This document shows positions 42,584 through 54,669 of a stretch of DNA of 64,000 nucleotides, one piece after another (the first letter of the stretch is position 1; the number at the start of each line of letters is the position of its first letter). Position numbers and translations under genes: made by a program. The notes under the pieces are model-generated. The model was not told the origin of the DNA and did not search any database. It saw nothing but the letters and a program-made list of their open reading frames with translations. The stretch comes from Octopus vulgaris (Eukaryota): the NCBI GenBank assembly GCA_951406725.2, contig OX597814.1, forward strand, positions 122,884,001 to 122,948,000, read 5' to 3'.

Positions 42584-43010
42584 ATTCTTTTCTACTCTAG
42601 GCACAAGGCCTGAAATATTTGGGGAGGAAGACAGTCGATTAGATCGACCCCAGTACGCAACTGCTACTTAATTTATCGACCCCGAAAGGATGAAAGGCAA
42701 AGTCGACCTCAGCAAAATTTGAATTCGGAACGTAAAAACAGACGAAATATCACTAAGCATTTCGCCCGACATGCTAACGTTTCTTATTTCTTTATTGCGC
42801 ACAAGGGGCTAAACATAGAGGGGACAAACAAGGACAAACAAAGGGATTAAGTCGTTTACATCGACCCCAGTGCGTAACTGGTACTTAATTTATCGACCCC
42901 GAAAGGATGAAAGGCAAAGTCGACCTCAGCGGAATTTGAACTCAGAACGTAACGGCAGACGAAATCCCGCTAAGTATTTCGCCTGGTGTGCTAATGCTTC
43001 TGCCAGCTCG
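42584..43010 (-). mobile_element. SINE group B heterodimer
   Basis: Tx1-like-tail unit joined at aaagaaata|agaaacgttagc (~42785) to an alternative-tail unit. Confidence 0.83.
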
Positions 43011-43654
43011 ACGAAAAAATATTGACACTACTTATACATTATAAGTAGCGTAGGAAGAGGAAACGAGAAGAACATTAAACTTTTGTCGGCGCCCAGTTGG
43101 TGCTTCATGTTACCATCCCGCGCACCACCGAGCCATGTGTGCGGCCGGGTAAAGGCACAACAAACCCATTCATCCATTCTCCAGAAGTGCCCTGTTGATG
43201 TTTCACGTTTCCAATCCTGTGCAACGCAGCATGGCTCGGCAGCATGTCTGCTTTCTATGTCTGAACTATATAATTCAGAATGTTCATACCAAAAGACAAA
43301 CTACTGTTGTGACTCACAGCCATTTGAATTTGACCGCGTGACCACTTCCGGAAGCTACGCTCGCCACCTGCGATTTGTCCTCTTCCTGTGTTCCTTCCCC
43401 CGTTTAGTCGGACGAGTAAATACAGGGTATCCCAGAATTAATGATGATTTCAGTGAAATCAGTTGCATTTTTTAAAACTCACTTTTATGTTTATCATGTT
43501 TCATATGTGTTAAAAGGGTATCAATTTTGAATTTTGTCTATAATTTTATTTTCATTCCTGTTGGACCCCTCTTATTTGTCCATGACAGCTTCTTTACAAT
43601 TTGGCAGCAATCATTTTCTTTACCTCCATCCCCACGATGGAGCAATCGTTTAGC

Positions 43655-43811
43655 TGAGCTTTTAGTCGAACGAATTGATCCTAATACTTATTTTTTAAAA
43701 CCTGGTACTTATTCTATCGGTCTTTTTGCGAACCGCTACGTAACGAGAAATTAAACAACCAACACCGGATATTCAGCCGAGGTGGGGGACAAACACAAGC
43801 ACAATGACATA

Positions 43812-43847
<36 letters not shown>

Positions 43848-44259
43848 CACAGGAGTGGCTGTGTGGTAAGACGCTTGCTCCCCAACCACATGGTTCTGGG
43901 TTCAAAACTTCTAGTATAGCCTCAGGCCCACAAGAGCCTTGTAAGTAAATATGATAGACGGAAACGAAAAGAAGCCCGTCGTATACATATATGTATATAT
44001 ATATATATATATGTATTTGTTATTTGCGTCTGTGTTTGTTTCCTCTCCATCGTTTGACAACGAATGTTGGTGTGTCCCCGGCACTTAGCGGTTCGGCAAA
44101 AAGAGACCGCTAGAATAAGTACTAGGCTTACAATGAATAAGCCCTGGGGTCGGTTTGTTCGACTAAATGTGGTGCTCCAGCATGGAGGCAGTCAAATGAC
44201 TGAAACAAGTATATGTAAAAAAAAGAAAGTATATGTAAACGTATACATATAAATATACA

Positions 44260-44295
<36 letters not shown>

Positions 44296-44415
44296 CAACG
44301 TAGTTCCGGGTTCAGTCCCATTGCGTGGCACCTTGGGAAAGAGTTTTCTACTATAGCCGCGGCCGACCTTGTGACTGGATTTACTAGAGGGAAATTGAAA
44401 GGAGACTGTCGTATT
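43655..44415. mobile_element. Cluster of SINE group A pieces in both orientations
   Basis: Minus tail 43655-43810, plus copy 43846-44220, plus fragment 44297-44415. Confidence 0.72.
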
Positions 44416-45507
44416 TATATATCTAACAAATAAGTAACAAGGATGTCCAAGTATTAGTAAATTACGGCTCTGTTTCAAGCGGCTCCATTTAATCGATCAA
44501 TGCAAGCATTACATCAACCTGAAATAACTCGCTTTCCTCGGATGCATTAGACCATATAGGTTTTCAACATACAGGACACTGAATTATAATTTTTTTAGCA
44601 AATTTCTCATCGGAACTAGAGAATAAAAGAATAACATGCTTATTGCTATTACTGTAGCTGAATGAACTTTGAGAGAGAATACATAAAGCCTTCTGTAATT
44701 TGGAGTGACAGAAGCGAATAACAATGGGGATCAAGAAATTGTAATGTAGCCACATTCATCTTTCTCTTTATCACAATCAAAGGATTCAATGCAGCTAGTA
44801 TTCTACATCCACTTAGAATTAATGCCACTGGAGAGTGACAGTTAAGTTCTTGCTGCTGGTGATAAATTAATTAACGTCAGACGCTCTTCCCTATAAATTC
44901 ACCATGACTACATAAAAGAACATGCCTCAGAAGATGTCAGCAAGGTAATGGTATACATCCAGAAAGAGGAAGGTCAGGGGTGCTTTACACTATATTATGA
45001 TTATCAATTAAAAAGGGTCTAAAATAGAAAACAAAGGAGGTCACAATGAGATCTAAGTTAGGGTAGAGGAGAAAGATATCTAAAGTTAGCAAAATTTATA
45101 TACTATTACATTTTGTATATTAGATAGTAAAATTTGGAAAGGGTTTTAAGGACCAAGTAAGAGAAGAAGGGCAGATAAACCAATCCAAGCCTCCAAAAAT
45201 GGGGTACAATTATATAAAATAGAAACCTCATAATGTTTCATCCTAGCATATTGTTAAGGAGGTCATGATAAAATTATTCAACAGTGAACCTATTATTAAA
45301 TTCAGATTTCATCCGAGAAAGCGTACACATTTTCTATTGACTGAAAACCAAAGATTAAGGGCAAAACAATACGATAATCAATTCTATAACAGATACACCT
45401 TTTTAAAAACCTTGAAAAAATTTAATTATATAAAAAGTTTTCAACATTATGAAAATGCCTTAAAGGATATAAAAAGATATAAAAATACTACACACACACA
45501 CACACAC

Positions 45508-45542
<35 letters not shown>

Positions 45543-45546
<4 letters not shown>

Positions 45547-46358
45547 CAACAATTGAGGGTAAAATTAATTAATTATTAATCAATTTCACCAAGTGTTCAG
45601 TATGCAAAGGGACCATTTAAGGCGAATTCAAATTATTACATTATATAAAGGGCTTAGTAAAATAAATTACTTCGCCGCATACTGAACTCATTAGAAATAG
45701 CAGCTAAAAAGCTTTTTAAAACTATTTCTAATACTTAAGAAAATCTCTCATATAAAGTTTTTAGCTGCTATTTCTAATGAGTTCAGTATGCGGCGAAGTA
45801 ATTTATTTTACTAAGCCCTTTTATATAATGTAATAATTTATTCGCCTTAAATGGTCCCTTTGCATACTGAACACTGTGAAATTGATTAATAATTAATTAA
45901 TTTTACCCTCAATTGTTGAAATTATAATTAATCTCCCTCTAATTAATGCTTCGATTTTACCGAAAAAAGCATAGCGTTTGATGATTTTAACCCACGCTGG
46001 TGGAAAGGGGGACAGAAATTCTTCACTTGCTTATTTTGGGTTTGTTGGCACTGTTAGTAACGAGCGAATCTTCGAAAGGGTATGTTCTTACTTTCAGTGT
46101 TTCCAAATCCAAACCAAGGAATTTCTGAGCTGAAGATAGAAGTGTTGTTTTGACTAATCTTGAAACGTACGTACTCAAATAACCTTAGCATTTGATTTTT
46201 AATGTCCTTACCCCCAAACTTTTGTGAGTTGAATTAGGCAAACGCTATATATGAGAGAGATTTTCTTTAAGTATTAGAAATAGTTTTAAAAAGTTTTTTA
46301 GCTGCTATTTCTAATGAGTTCAGTATGCGGCGAAGTAATTTATTTTACTAAGCCCTTT

Positions 46359-46366
<8 letters not shown>
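45543..46366. mobile_element. (TA)n-flanked PLE-like element: inverted segment plus partial tandem repeat
   Basis: 45543-45712 is the reverse complement of 45755-45922; 46249-46366 is the reverse complement of ~45641-45754 and directly repeats 45755-45829. Confidence 0.8.
46126..46177 (+). ncRNA. Type I hammerhead ribozyme motif
   Basis: tgag-CTGAAGA-taga..tctt-GAAA-CGTACG-TA-ctca: canonical core, palindromic stem III, GUA cleavage triplet; stem II base imperfect. Confidence 0.68.
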
Positions 46367-46390
<24 letters not shown>

Positions 46391-46395
<5 letters not shown>

Positions 46396-46835
46396 TCCTA
46401 GGGCTATACAACGGTGGTGTACCCCCTACTGTCACGTTCTTGTTAGATTGACAGTATACAACCATTCTATCGCCCCACCACCGTACATGTCTCTACGAGA
46501 GATTTAGAAATTCAATATTTCTTATTTTGATAATCAGTGAATAAACTTCACTGAGTATACATATATACAATTATGAAGTCGAGGCAAATATCACCAGCCG
46601 GCCGGTGTCTGCTACTCTAGACCGATGAAGGACAATGATCCTGAAACACGGTGTCCCTAGATGCAGTTCCGGCGGCCGGGGGTGTTTGTCTCCCCTTCGT
46701 ATAAGTATATAAGGACACAGGGAAAGAAATGTGTCGAAGCTATCAGGAGGCGTTCGATGCCTCCTAGGGCTATACAACGGTGGTGTACCCCCTACTGTCA
46801 CGTTCTTGTTAGATTGACAGTATACAACCATTCTA
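46391..46835 (+). mobile_element. 367 bp monomer with ~79 bp terminal direct repeats (PLE pLTR / retrozyme-like)
   Basis: 46391-46469 is repeated at ~46758-46836; (TA)n on both sides. Confidence 0.78.
46616..46661 (+). ncRNA. Type I hammerhead ribozyme motif (U4C)
   Basis: tctaga-CCGATGA-agga[caatga]tcct-GAAA-CAC-g-GTG-TC-cctaga; GUC triplet; stem I extendable through ctgc/gcag and GC-rich ccgg arms. Confidence 0.7.
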
Positions 46836-46847
46836 TATATATATATT

Positions 46848-46880
<33 letters not shown>

Positions 46881-46881
<1 letters not shown>

Positions 46882-47090
46882 ACCTCGTGAGTACCGTTGG
46901 CGATTTTTTTTCCTCTGTCTTCCCTTCTCGGGATCTTTCCTTCTCCTATGTTTCCGACGAAGAGCTCCGCTCAAAACGTTAAACCTTCCTTCTTCCCTTC
47001 TTTCCTGAGCGTCCAACAATACTATATTTGTTCCACGTCCTCGCGTTGTTGTGTTTTTTTGTTTTTTTTTGTGTGTTTTCTTGTTTGGAT

Positions 47091-47095
<5 letters not shown>
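46881..47095 (+). mobile_element. Short hammerhead-bearing repeat
   Basis: 46950-46984: gttt-CCGACGA-a-gagc[tcc]gctc-AAAA-CG-TT-aaac; homologous to 41818-41965. Confidence 0.62.
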
Positions 47096-47159
<64 letters not shown>

Positions 47160-47482
47160 TTTTTTTTACTGTCTATATTTTTGTACTGTCGTTACTGTCT
47201 CGTTTTTTTACCATTTTTTACCCCTCTGCGAAAAGATCTCAGAAATTGATTTGCTTTTCGCAGGAAGGAAAGTTTCTTGTCGAAGATACGTCTCGCTTTT
47301 ATCCTTCGAAACGTAGAGTAGATGAAACCTTAGCGACTGAAGAAGGGGTTTTTTCGTTGTTTTGTTGTTTTTAAAAAAATGTCCTGTTCCTTTGGTTTGT
47401 GTCTATGTTTTCGTTTCTCTATGTGTTCGACGTCCCTTTGGTGTCCTGTACTCATATATACGCATATGTTTTATTTCTTTTA

Positions 47483-47485
<3 letters not shown>
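47160..47485 (+). mobile_element. (TA)n-flanked T-rich element with hammerhead-like remnants
   Basis: Hairpin ctgcgaaaag/cttttcgcag, gaagga..tccttc-GAAA-CGTA, downstream CTGAAGA; topology not cleanly resolved. Confidence 0.35.
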
Positions 47486-47519
<34 letters not shown>

Positions 47520-47698
47520 GCATACGTACAGACATAAATACATACATACATGTATACATACATACATGCATGCATACATACATATATACATACATGCCTA
47601 CATTCATACATACATATATACATATATGCATACATACATGCATACATACATACATATATACATGTATGCATGCATACATACATACATACATACATACA

Positions 47699-47732
<34 letters not shown>

Positions 47733-48265
47733 CATAGATGCGTACATGCATACATACATATATACATACATATATACATACATGCAAGCATACACACATA
47801 CATGCATACATGCATGCTTACACTTATGCATACATACATATATTCATACATACATGCATACATACATACATATATACATACATACGTGCATACAAACATA
47901 CATATATACATACATGCATATATATACATACATGCATACATACATATATATATATATACATACATACATATATATATATACATACATACATACATACATA
48001 CATAACATACGTAGATACATACATACATAATCATGGTTTCTATGCAATTGCATATGTGCCTATATGCACATATTTTCAGTTTCGAGTATGGAGTCTTCTT
48101 ACTCGTGCTTACGAAACAAAAACAAAATCCCTATACACAAATAAAGCCACACATACATACATACATACATACATACATACATACATACATACATACATAC
48201 ATACATACATACATACATACATACATGTATAAATGTATTTGTACATGTATATATGTATGTATGCA
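47486..48265. repeat. Long degenerate (CATA)n/(TA)n array
   Basis: Direct runs; source of many HTYI/MYVC ORFs. Confidence 0.92.
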
Positions 48266-48884
48266 CGCTTGTATGAAAGCGAGTGAGAGAAAGGGAGAGA
48301 ATGCGAGAAGGGCATATATACATATATACGTTCTTAAATATATCGGTAAAGACTATATCGTTGGATATTGCCATACGCGAGTGTAGGACAATAAACCACG
48401 TACAAACAACAAGTCTTGTAATAATTGCTGGTGTAAGTTAATAACATGACTGAAAAATCCAATAATCTCCACTGAACAATCCATTAGCGAGATGGATGGT
48501 AATCATTTTTTTTACGTCACGTGTCTATGATCCGCATGATAAAAATGTTACACATCGCTTCCTGTTTTTTTACGTGTGATTAAATAAGTTATATTACTAT
48601 CTGAACGAACAATGTGGTTTGGTGACGATCAGTTCCTCGGAGCGTGTCCCTAAAAAAAATATGTTCGTCTCAATAGACAGACACACGCACGCATTCACAC
48701 ACACGCGCGCACACACGCACACATACACAAAAAAGCATACATACACTCACGAACGCTCACACTCAGAATTTGATATGTTGTATTACAACTAAATTTATAT
48801 ATATACACATGACTAGTATAAATACTTATATATGTGTGTGTGTATGTCTGTATGTATGTATGTACGTACGTATACATATTTGGT

Positions 48885-48973
<89 letters not shown>

Positions 48974-49012
48974 TGCCATGCGTAAGTATTTGTGTGGTAT
49001 GTGTGTGTATAA

Positions 49013-49060
<48 letters not shown>

Positions 49061-49149
49061 GTGTGTGTGTATATACATTCATCGTTTGTAATGTAGAGAA
49101 ACATGTTGCCGAATCGATAGTTTTACTCCTGAGAACAAACTAACTATTG

Positions 49150-49800
49150 ATAACATTTTCCGCCAGAGGCGCTACGTTCTGTCTACAGAAGTACTCGACT
49201 CTCAAATCTTCCGAATCACCTTACGTTTAAAGTTTGTCTGAAACTCACCGTGCTATAAATAGGAGACAATACGAAATGCTGCGGATTGTTTATGGATTAA
49301 ATTGAGTAAGCCGAACATCTATTTTTTCGCAATCACAAAAAGCCAGGCAAACTAAGGCCGCCGGGATGCTCAAAATGGTCCCCTTTTTTCTACAGCAAGG
49401 GCACCATCTACACCCACTGGGCTGTCTCTTGCTAGATGGTCAACAAAGAGTAATTTGTGGAAGTTTTGAAGAAGAGATTTCGTCTGAAAAGGCCAGTGCA
49501 CCTGTACCAGGGCAATACCCCAGTTCACAAATTCATCTGGTAACCACTAGTCAGAAATGGACATCAAACCACTCCACGGTTCAGACCTTGTTCTCTGTGA
49601 CTTTTGCTTTTGCCCCAAGTTGAAAATGAAAAGAAAGGAGGCCGAGATGAGGTTCCTGGACCCCTTTTCTTTCAAGGACTTCCACGAAGCCTTCACAAAG
49701 TAACTGGAACGCTACAAGTACATTGAAGTCAGAGGATCCTACTTTAAAGTAGATTAAAGTTCTGTACTTATCCGAAAATAATAAACATCTCTCCTAAAAA
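49150..49800 (+). mobile_element. Highly degraded mariner remnant
   Basis: KKARQ-like segment, PLHGSDLVLCDFCFCPKLK (from HPPYSPDLAPCDF..PKLK) and DFHEAFTK*LERY..IEVRGSYFKVD*. Confidence 0.65.
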
Positions 49801-49889
49801 AGCCTTCTAAAATGCAATTTGTAGCTTCTCATTACAATGAAGTTTATACATTAGTTGCTAGTTATACACAAAAAAACCCACAAACGTGA

Positions 49890-50189
49890 CCCTTTTCAAG
49901 CCTAGCCAGGATCATGGGCCCGGTTTCCCGGTTTCTGTGGCTTATGTGTTCCCCCCAGCTGGACGGGACTCCAGTCCCTCGCAGCGTTACTCAAGAAACA
50001 GGAAAAGAGATTGAGAGAAAGTTGTGGCGAAAGAGTACAACAGGGGTCGCCACTACTCCCTGCCGGAGCCTCGTGGAGCTTTATAGGTGTTTTCGCTCAA
50101 TAAACACACACAATGCCCGGTCTGGGAATCGAAACTGCGATCCTCCGACCGCGAGTCCGCTGGCCTAACCACTGGGCCATTGCGCCTCC
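49890..50189 (-). mobile_element. tRNA-derived SINE (group C variant)
   Basis: Reverse complement of the family at 34856. Confidence 0.8.
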
Positions 50190-50750
50190 ACAATTATGCA
50201 CCTAGTTTGATTCAATTAAGCAAAAACTGAAATGAATATTAAAAAACACCAGTCTCCATTTTTTTACTGGTAGCAAAAGGTTTTTGCTTTTCAAGTATCT
50301 TGACGCTCTAATGTCAAAGCTATCCTTTCTACAATGAGTAACAATGTAGAAAAGTAGTGAATTCTCAACACAGCTCTGATTTTTCGAAAATAGTTCTTGA
50401 ACAATACTCCATGTCAAACTCGCTTTATCTAGAATACAAGTTTCAATTCTAGGATATACAAAAATACAGGAAACTCCTACTCTACACAGCAAATATAAAT
50501 TTGAAATAACTCTATTATTCATTTACATTTCTGTTGTTTTAGCATCTTTTTACATGAAGTGTCTTCCGGTGTCATTAAAGCTCTTCATAAACCGAAACCA
50601 TAACGAAGGTTAAGTATGTTTTCATATTTCTTGTAGTGTGTAAATGTAGAGTTGTTATAGCATAAGTGGTCACTAGTATACGGTGTTATTAGTTGTCATA
50701 CACCTGCTCAGTAGAGTCTACAAAATCTACTGTATAACGACGGTTTATAT

Positions 50751-51155
50751 TACTCTCTTACTCTTTTACTTGTTTCAGTCGTTTGACTGAGGCCATGCTG
50801 GAGCACCGCCTGTAGTCGAGCAAATCGACCCCAGGACTTATTCTTTGTAAGCCTAGTACTTATTCTATCAGTCTCTTTTGCCGACCCGCTATGTTACGGC
50901 GACGTAAACACACCAGCATCGGTTGTCAAGCGATGTTGGGGGGAACAAACACAGCCACAGACACACACACAAATATATATATTACATATATACGACGGGC
51001 TTCTTTTAGTTTCCGTCTACCAAATCCACTCACAAGGCTTTGGTCGGCCTGAGGCTAAAGTAGCAGACACTTGCCCAAGGTGCCACGCAGTGGGACTGAA
51101 CCCGGAACCATGTGGTTGGTAAGCAAGCTACTTACCACACAGCCACTCCAGCGCC
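50751..51155 (-). mobile_element. SINE group A, full length
   Basis: Complete head, core and tail. Confidence 0.9.
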
Positions 51156-52871
51156 TGATACATTAAATATTTCAAAGTTAATTATTTCGTACACATGTAT
51201 GTAACACATCGCTGCTTCATATCACTTTCTCTTTATCCTAAAGGAAACCCAAGTTTTATAGTTCCTATTTTTCGTTAAGGATAGATGTACTAAACCAGGT
51301 TTTACTCGATTGGATTGGATGGCTTACGATAGTAATTTGGATCGTTAGATATATTCCAAAGGTTAGAGATATTCACACAGAAGATATCGCCAGAATACTC
51401 ACATTCACGAAACGCTATTAATTTAAATTCGGTTTGTCAATAACCATAAATCTCGCTGCCAAATTACTAGTCTTGCATAGATTATATATCTCCAAACGAG
51501 CAAACTCAACATTCTTCAATTTACATTGAAACACAGATTTATAAAATAACAATCACAACTAATATTTATATCAAACATGGGCATAGCATACGGATAAAGA
51601 GAAGACAACTCTTAATAAAAGGGAGTGTAACTGTGATGTATTGTCGTCAAAGTTTCTCTCCCTCCTGGATTTGTTGTCTTTGTTATTAAATCTTTGGAAA
51701 TATTTTGCGTTTCAACCACACCTTCCCTTGATCAATCATCGATTGTTTTATTTCTCTTTGACACTGGGCATCAATTCCCATATGGTTTATCAACCAGTTG
51801 CAACCGTAAAACATCCGAAATGTAAGTGAAATGGTCACGCAAATATAACATGGATATTAGCAGGAATGGAATGAGATCCGTTGGCTCTAATCATTAACAC
51901 TTCAAACACCTCTCTTTAATAAACGGTCGATAATTGCTGTTTCCGTGACAAAGGATCGCAGAGGAAACTTACACATACAAAACAACAACGGACGTTAGTT
52001 TCACACATTATTTTTAATGATTCATCACATACAAGGCTCAGCGATCGATAATAAATTCTTGACTAGATTATACCAATAATTTGCTTCTCCGATACCACTG
52101 AATTACCGGTCTTCAGAGAATCCGGATAAATGCTGAATGTTGTTGCCTCCATAACTATGGACGAATATTTTGGCTTCTGTTTTCGATAGTTATTTTTCTT
52201 ATTATTTCTGTTCGATGGAAAATTGCAGCCAGACATGTTTTGCCATGAATAATAGATGTTTTCAACCAATTTATAAATAAAGTATTTTGTTGTCGCTAAA
52301 TAACAAGGTTTTTCAACAAACGTGTGAACAGAAAAGTTAGAAGTTGTCACTTTAAAGCTCCGTTTTGTTTTTATACCCAAATTACTAGCGTTGCCAAAAT
52401 TACAAGAAATTCGATAATGTTTTCATGAGATATTGGTGGAATTGCTGCAATTAATATATTATAAGACTGTAGCTAAATGTTTATTCTTGCTGTTTTATTT
52501 TCCCGAACATTTTCACTCATAATATATCTTAATTAAGTGTCTGTTTGTTTGGAGTACAAACCTTCATTTTAGACTGTTAAGTTTCTGACTTAGGTTGAAA
52601 TAAAATAAACCTCTCGAAGACCTCAAACTGAGAACTGTCCAGGAAAAAAATAAAGATTCGGTAATACATATGTATATAAATATACAAGACTATCCTGGAT
52701 GTCTACACTTTCTTTCATTACAGATCTTTAAATGAATACAATTCGCTGCCTATATATTTGCACTATCAACCTGTCTGTGTGTATATATACATACATAAAT
52801 ACATATAAATATATACATATATATGTGTGTTTTGGAATGTATGTATAAATATATATGTGTGTATGTATATA

Positions 52872-53146
52872 TCACGTGACCACGTGATCACGTGACCGAC
52901 CAGACCATCAGATGTTGTTACACATCGCTGGTCACAATGCATTCGCATTGTTTTAGCCTTCGAGCAGGCCAACAGAAGAAAGAGTGGGAGAAAGAGTACA
53001 GCAGGGATCACCAACCCCTGCTGGAGCGTCGTGGCGGTTTTAGTTGTTTTTGCTCAATAAACACTCACAACGACCGGTCTGGGAATCGAAACCGCGATCC
53101 TACGACCGCGAGTCCGCTGCCCTAACCACTAAGCCATTGCGCTTCC
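52872..53146 (-). mobile_element. tRNA-derived SINE (group C head, different tail)
   Basis: Head ggaagcgcaatggcttagtggttagggcagcggactcgcgg; tail ends in repeated cacgtga. Confidence 0.75.
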
Positions 53147-53147
53147 A

Positions 53148-53291
<144 letters not shown>

Positions 53292-53299
53292 CAGTATAT

Positions 53300-53560
53300 A
53301 AGCAGTATATAGGCCATACAAAAAATAGCTTACGTAACAGGATGGCGGTGCATAAATCACAAATTAGAAACCCTGATTACCGCAAAATACCGGTCAGCGG
53401 ACACATAGATAGATGTGCTGGAAATGTAAATCCGAAATTTACAACTAACCCGCTCTATAAATTCAGTGACAACGCAACCTTCACACAACGCCAAAATAAA
53501 GAACTATATTTCATAAAAAAATTTAGACCAAGTTTAAACACCCTGGGCCAGGAATACTAA
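53300..53560 (+). pseudogene. PLE GIY-YIG endonuclease fragment
   Basis: In frame: [44 protein letters not shown], with the YIG, R, H, E and LN landmarks. Confidence 0.87.
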
Positions 53561-53729
53561 AACAAAAGATAAGTCCTCCGAAAAGGAGAAGCAAAATTCC
53601 ACCACGGCCGCTACTTTAAACAGACACTCGCTCTGACGGAAATATGCCTTAGTAAAAAAGGAAAAAAATTCTTTCGTGCAAATCTGACCCTGATACATAC
53701 GATACAGCCAAGGGTCAGACCCGATTCTG

Positions 53730-54175
53730 ATTGGTCAACAAGTTGATGACGTCTAGCTCTGCTAGAATGGACAGGACACAAACAGGGGACAGTCATTAGT
53801 CAGAATATTGATGACGTCCTTTTCTGCTTGACTAGTTACCTAACAAGTACAGACAGGGGGCAGATCTAATGTAGCTATAAGTCGTGATTGGGCAGAATCT
53901 GGATGACGTCCCGTTCCGCTTGACTAACGAAGCGACTGGTCAAAACAGGAAACAAACAAGAGGCAGTTATAATGCAGCGATTGGTCAAAATGATGATGAC
54001 GTCCCGTTCTGCTTGAATAAAGCCACCTAACGAAACGATTGGTCAAAACGTTGATGACGTCACGCTACGCTAGATTGACCACCTAACAGGCATTATAAAA
54101 CCGAGCACTTCACAAAACCCACTAGATCCACCCAGCGAACATCCACCATGGGTCATCACAATTGCTTAAGGTAAA
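53730..54175 (+). promoter_or_regulatory. Promoter-like array: five CCAAT(rev)-N9-CRE modules, TATA box, Kozak ATG, splice donor
   Basis: ATTGG/ATTAG at 53730, 53795, 53887, 53980 and 54038, each 14 nt before (T/G)GATGACGTC; TATAAAA 54094; ccaccATGg 54148; aag|GTAAAA 54171. Confidence 0.68.
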
Positions 54176-54538
54176 AATGAATTCCTCGCTCTTTCGGAAA
54201 CATCAATCTTCTGTATTGACCGCTTTCCACCACTTTGATCTGTTTTTTGTATTGAATACGTATCACCACCGTGGGCCACTGCATCGAACACTTTGAACAT
54301 ATACTTCAAACTATATATCCATTATACATGAACTATATATCAACTATACATGAACTCTAAGATGTCTGACTCCGTTGTGTATTATAAATGAATTTCTTGT
54401 GTTTGACGGCATGAGCTGTCTTTTTTTATATATAACTTTTTTTGGTAAGGTTCATTTCAGGAACTGAAACATGTTATAATGTATATATAAAAATTAAAAA
54501 ATTGTATAATACAGCAGCATTTTCGAACTTCATTTTTT

Positions 54539-54601
<63 letters not shown>

Positions 54602-54669
54602 GTGTATGTATGTATGTATGTATACATATATACATACACACACACATACACACACACACTCATATATAT

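Noticed and set aside
43030-43520. GC-richer block with 130 aa ORF and a TA|cagggtatccca end
   Set aside because: Could be a DNA-transposon remnant, but no partner TIR or protein motif could be identified.
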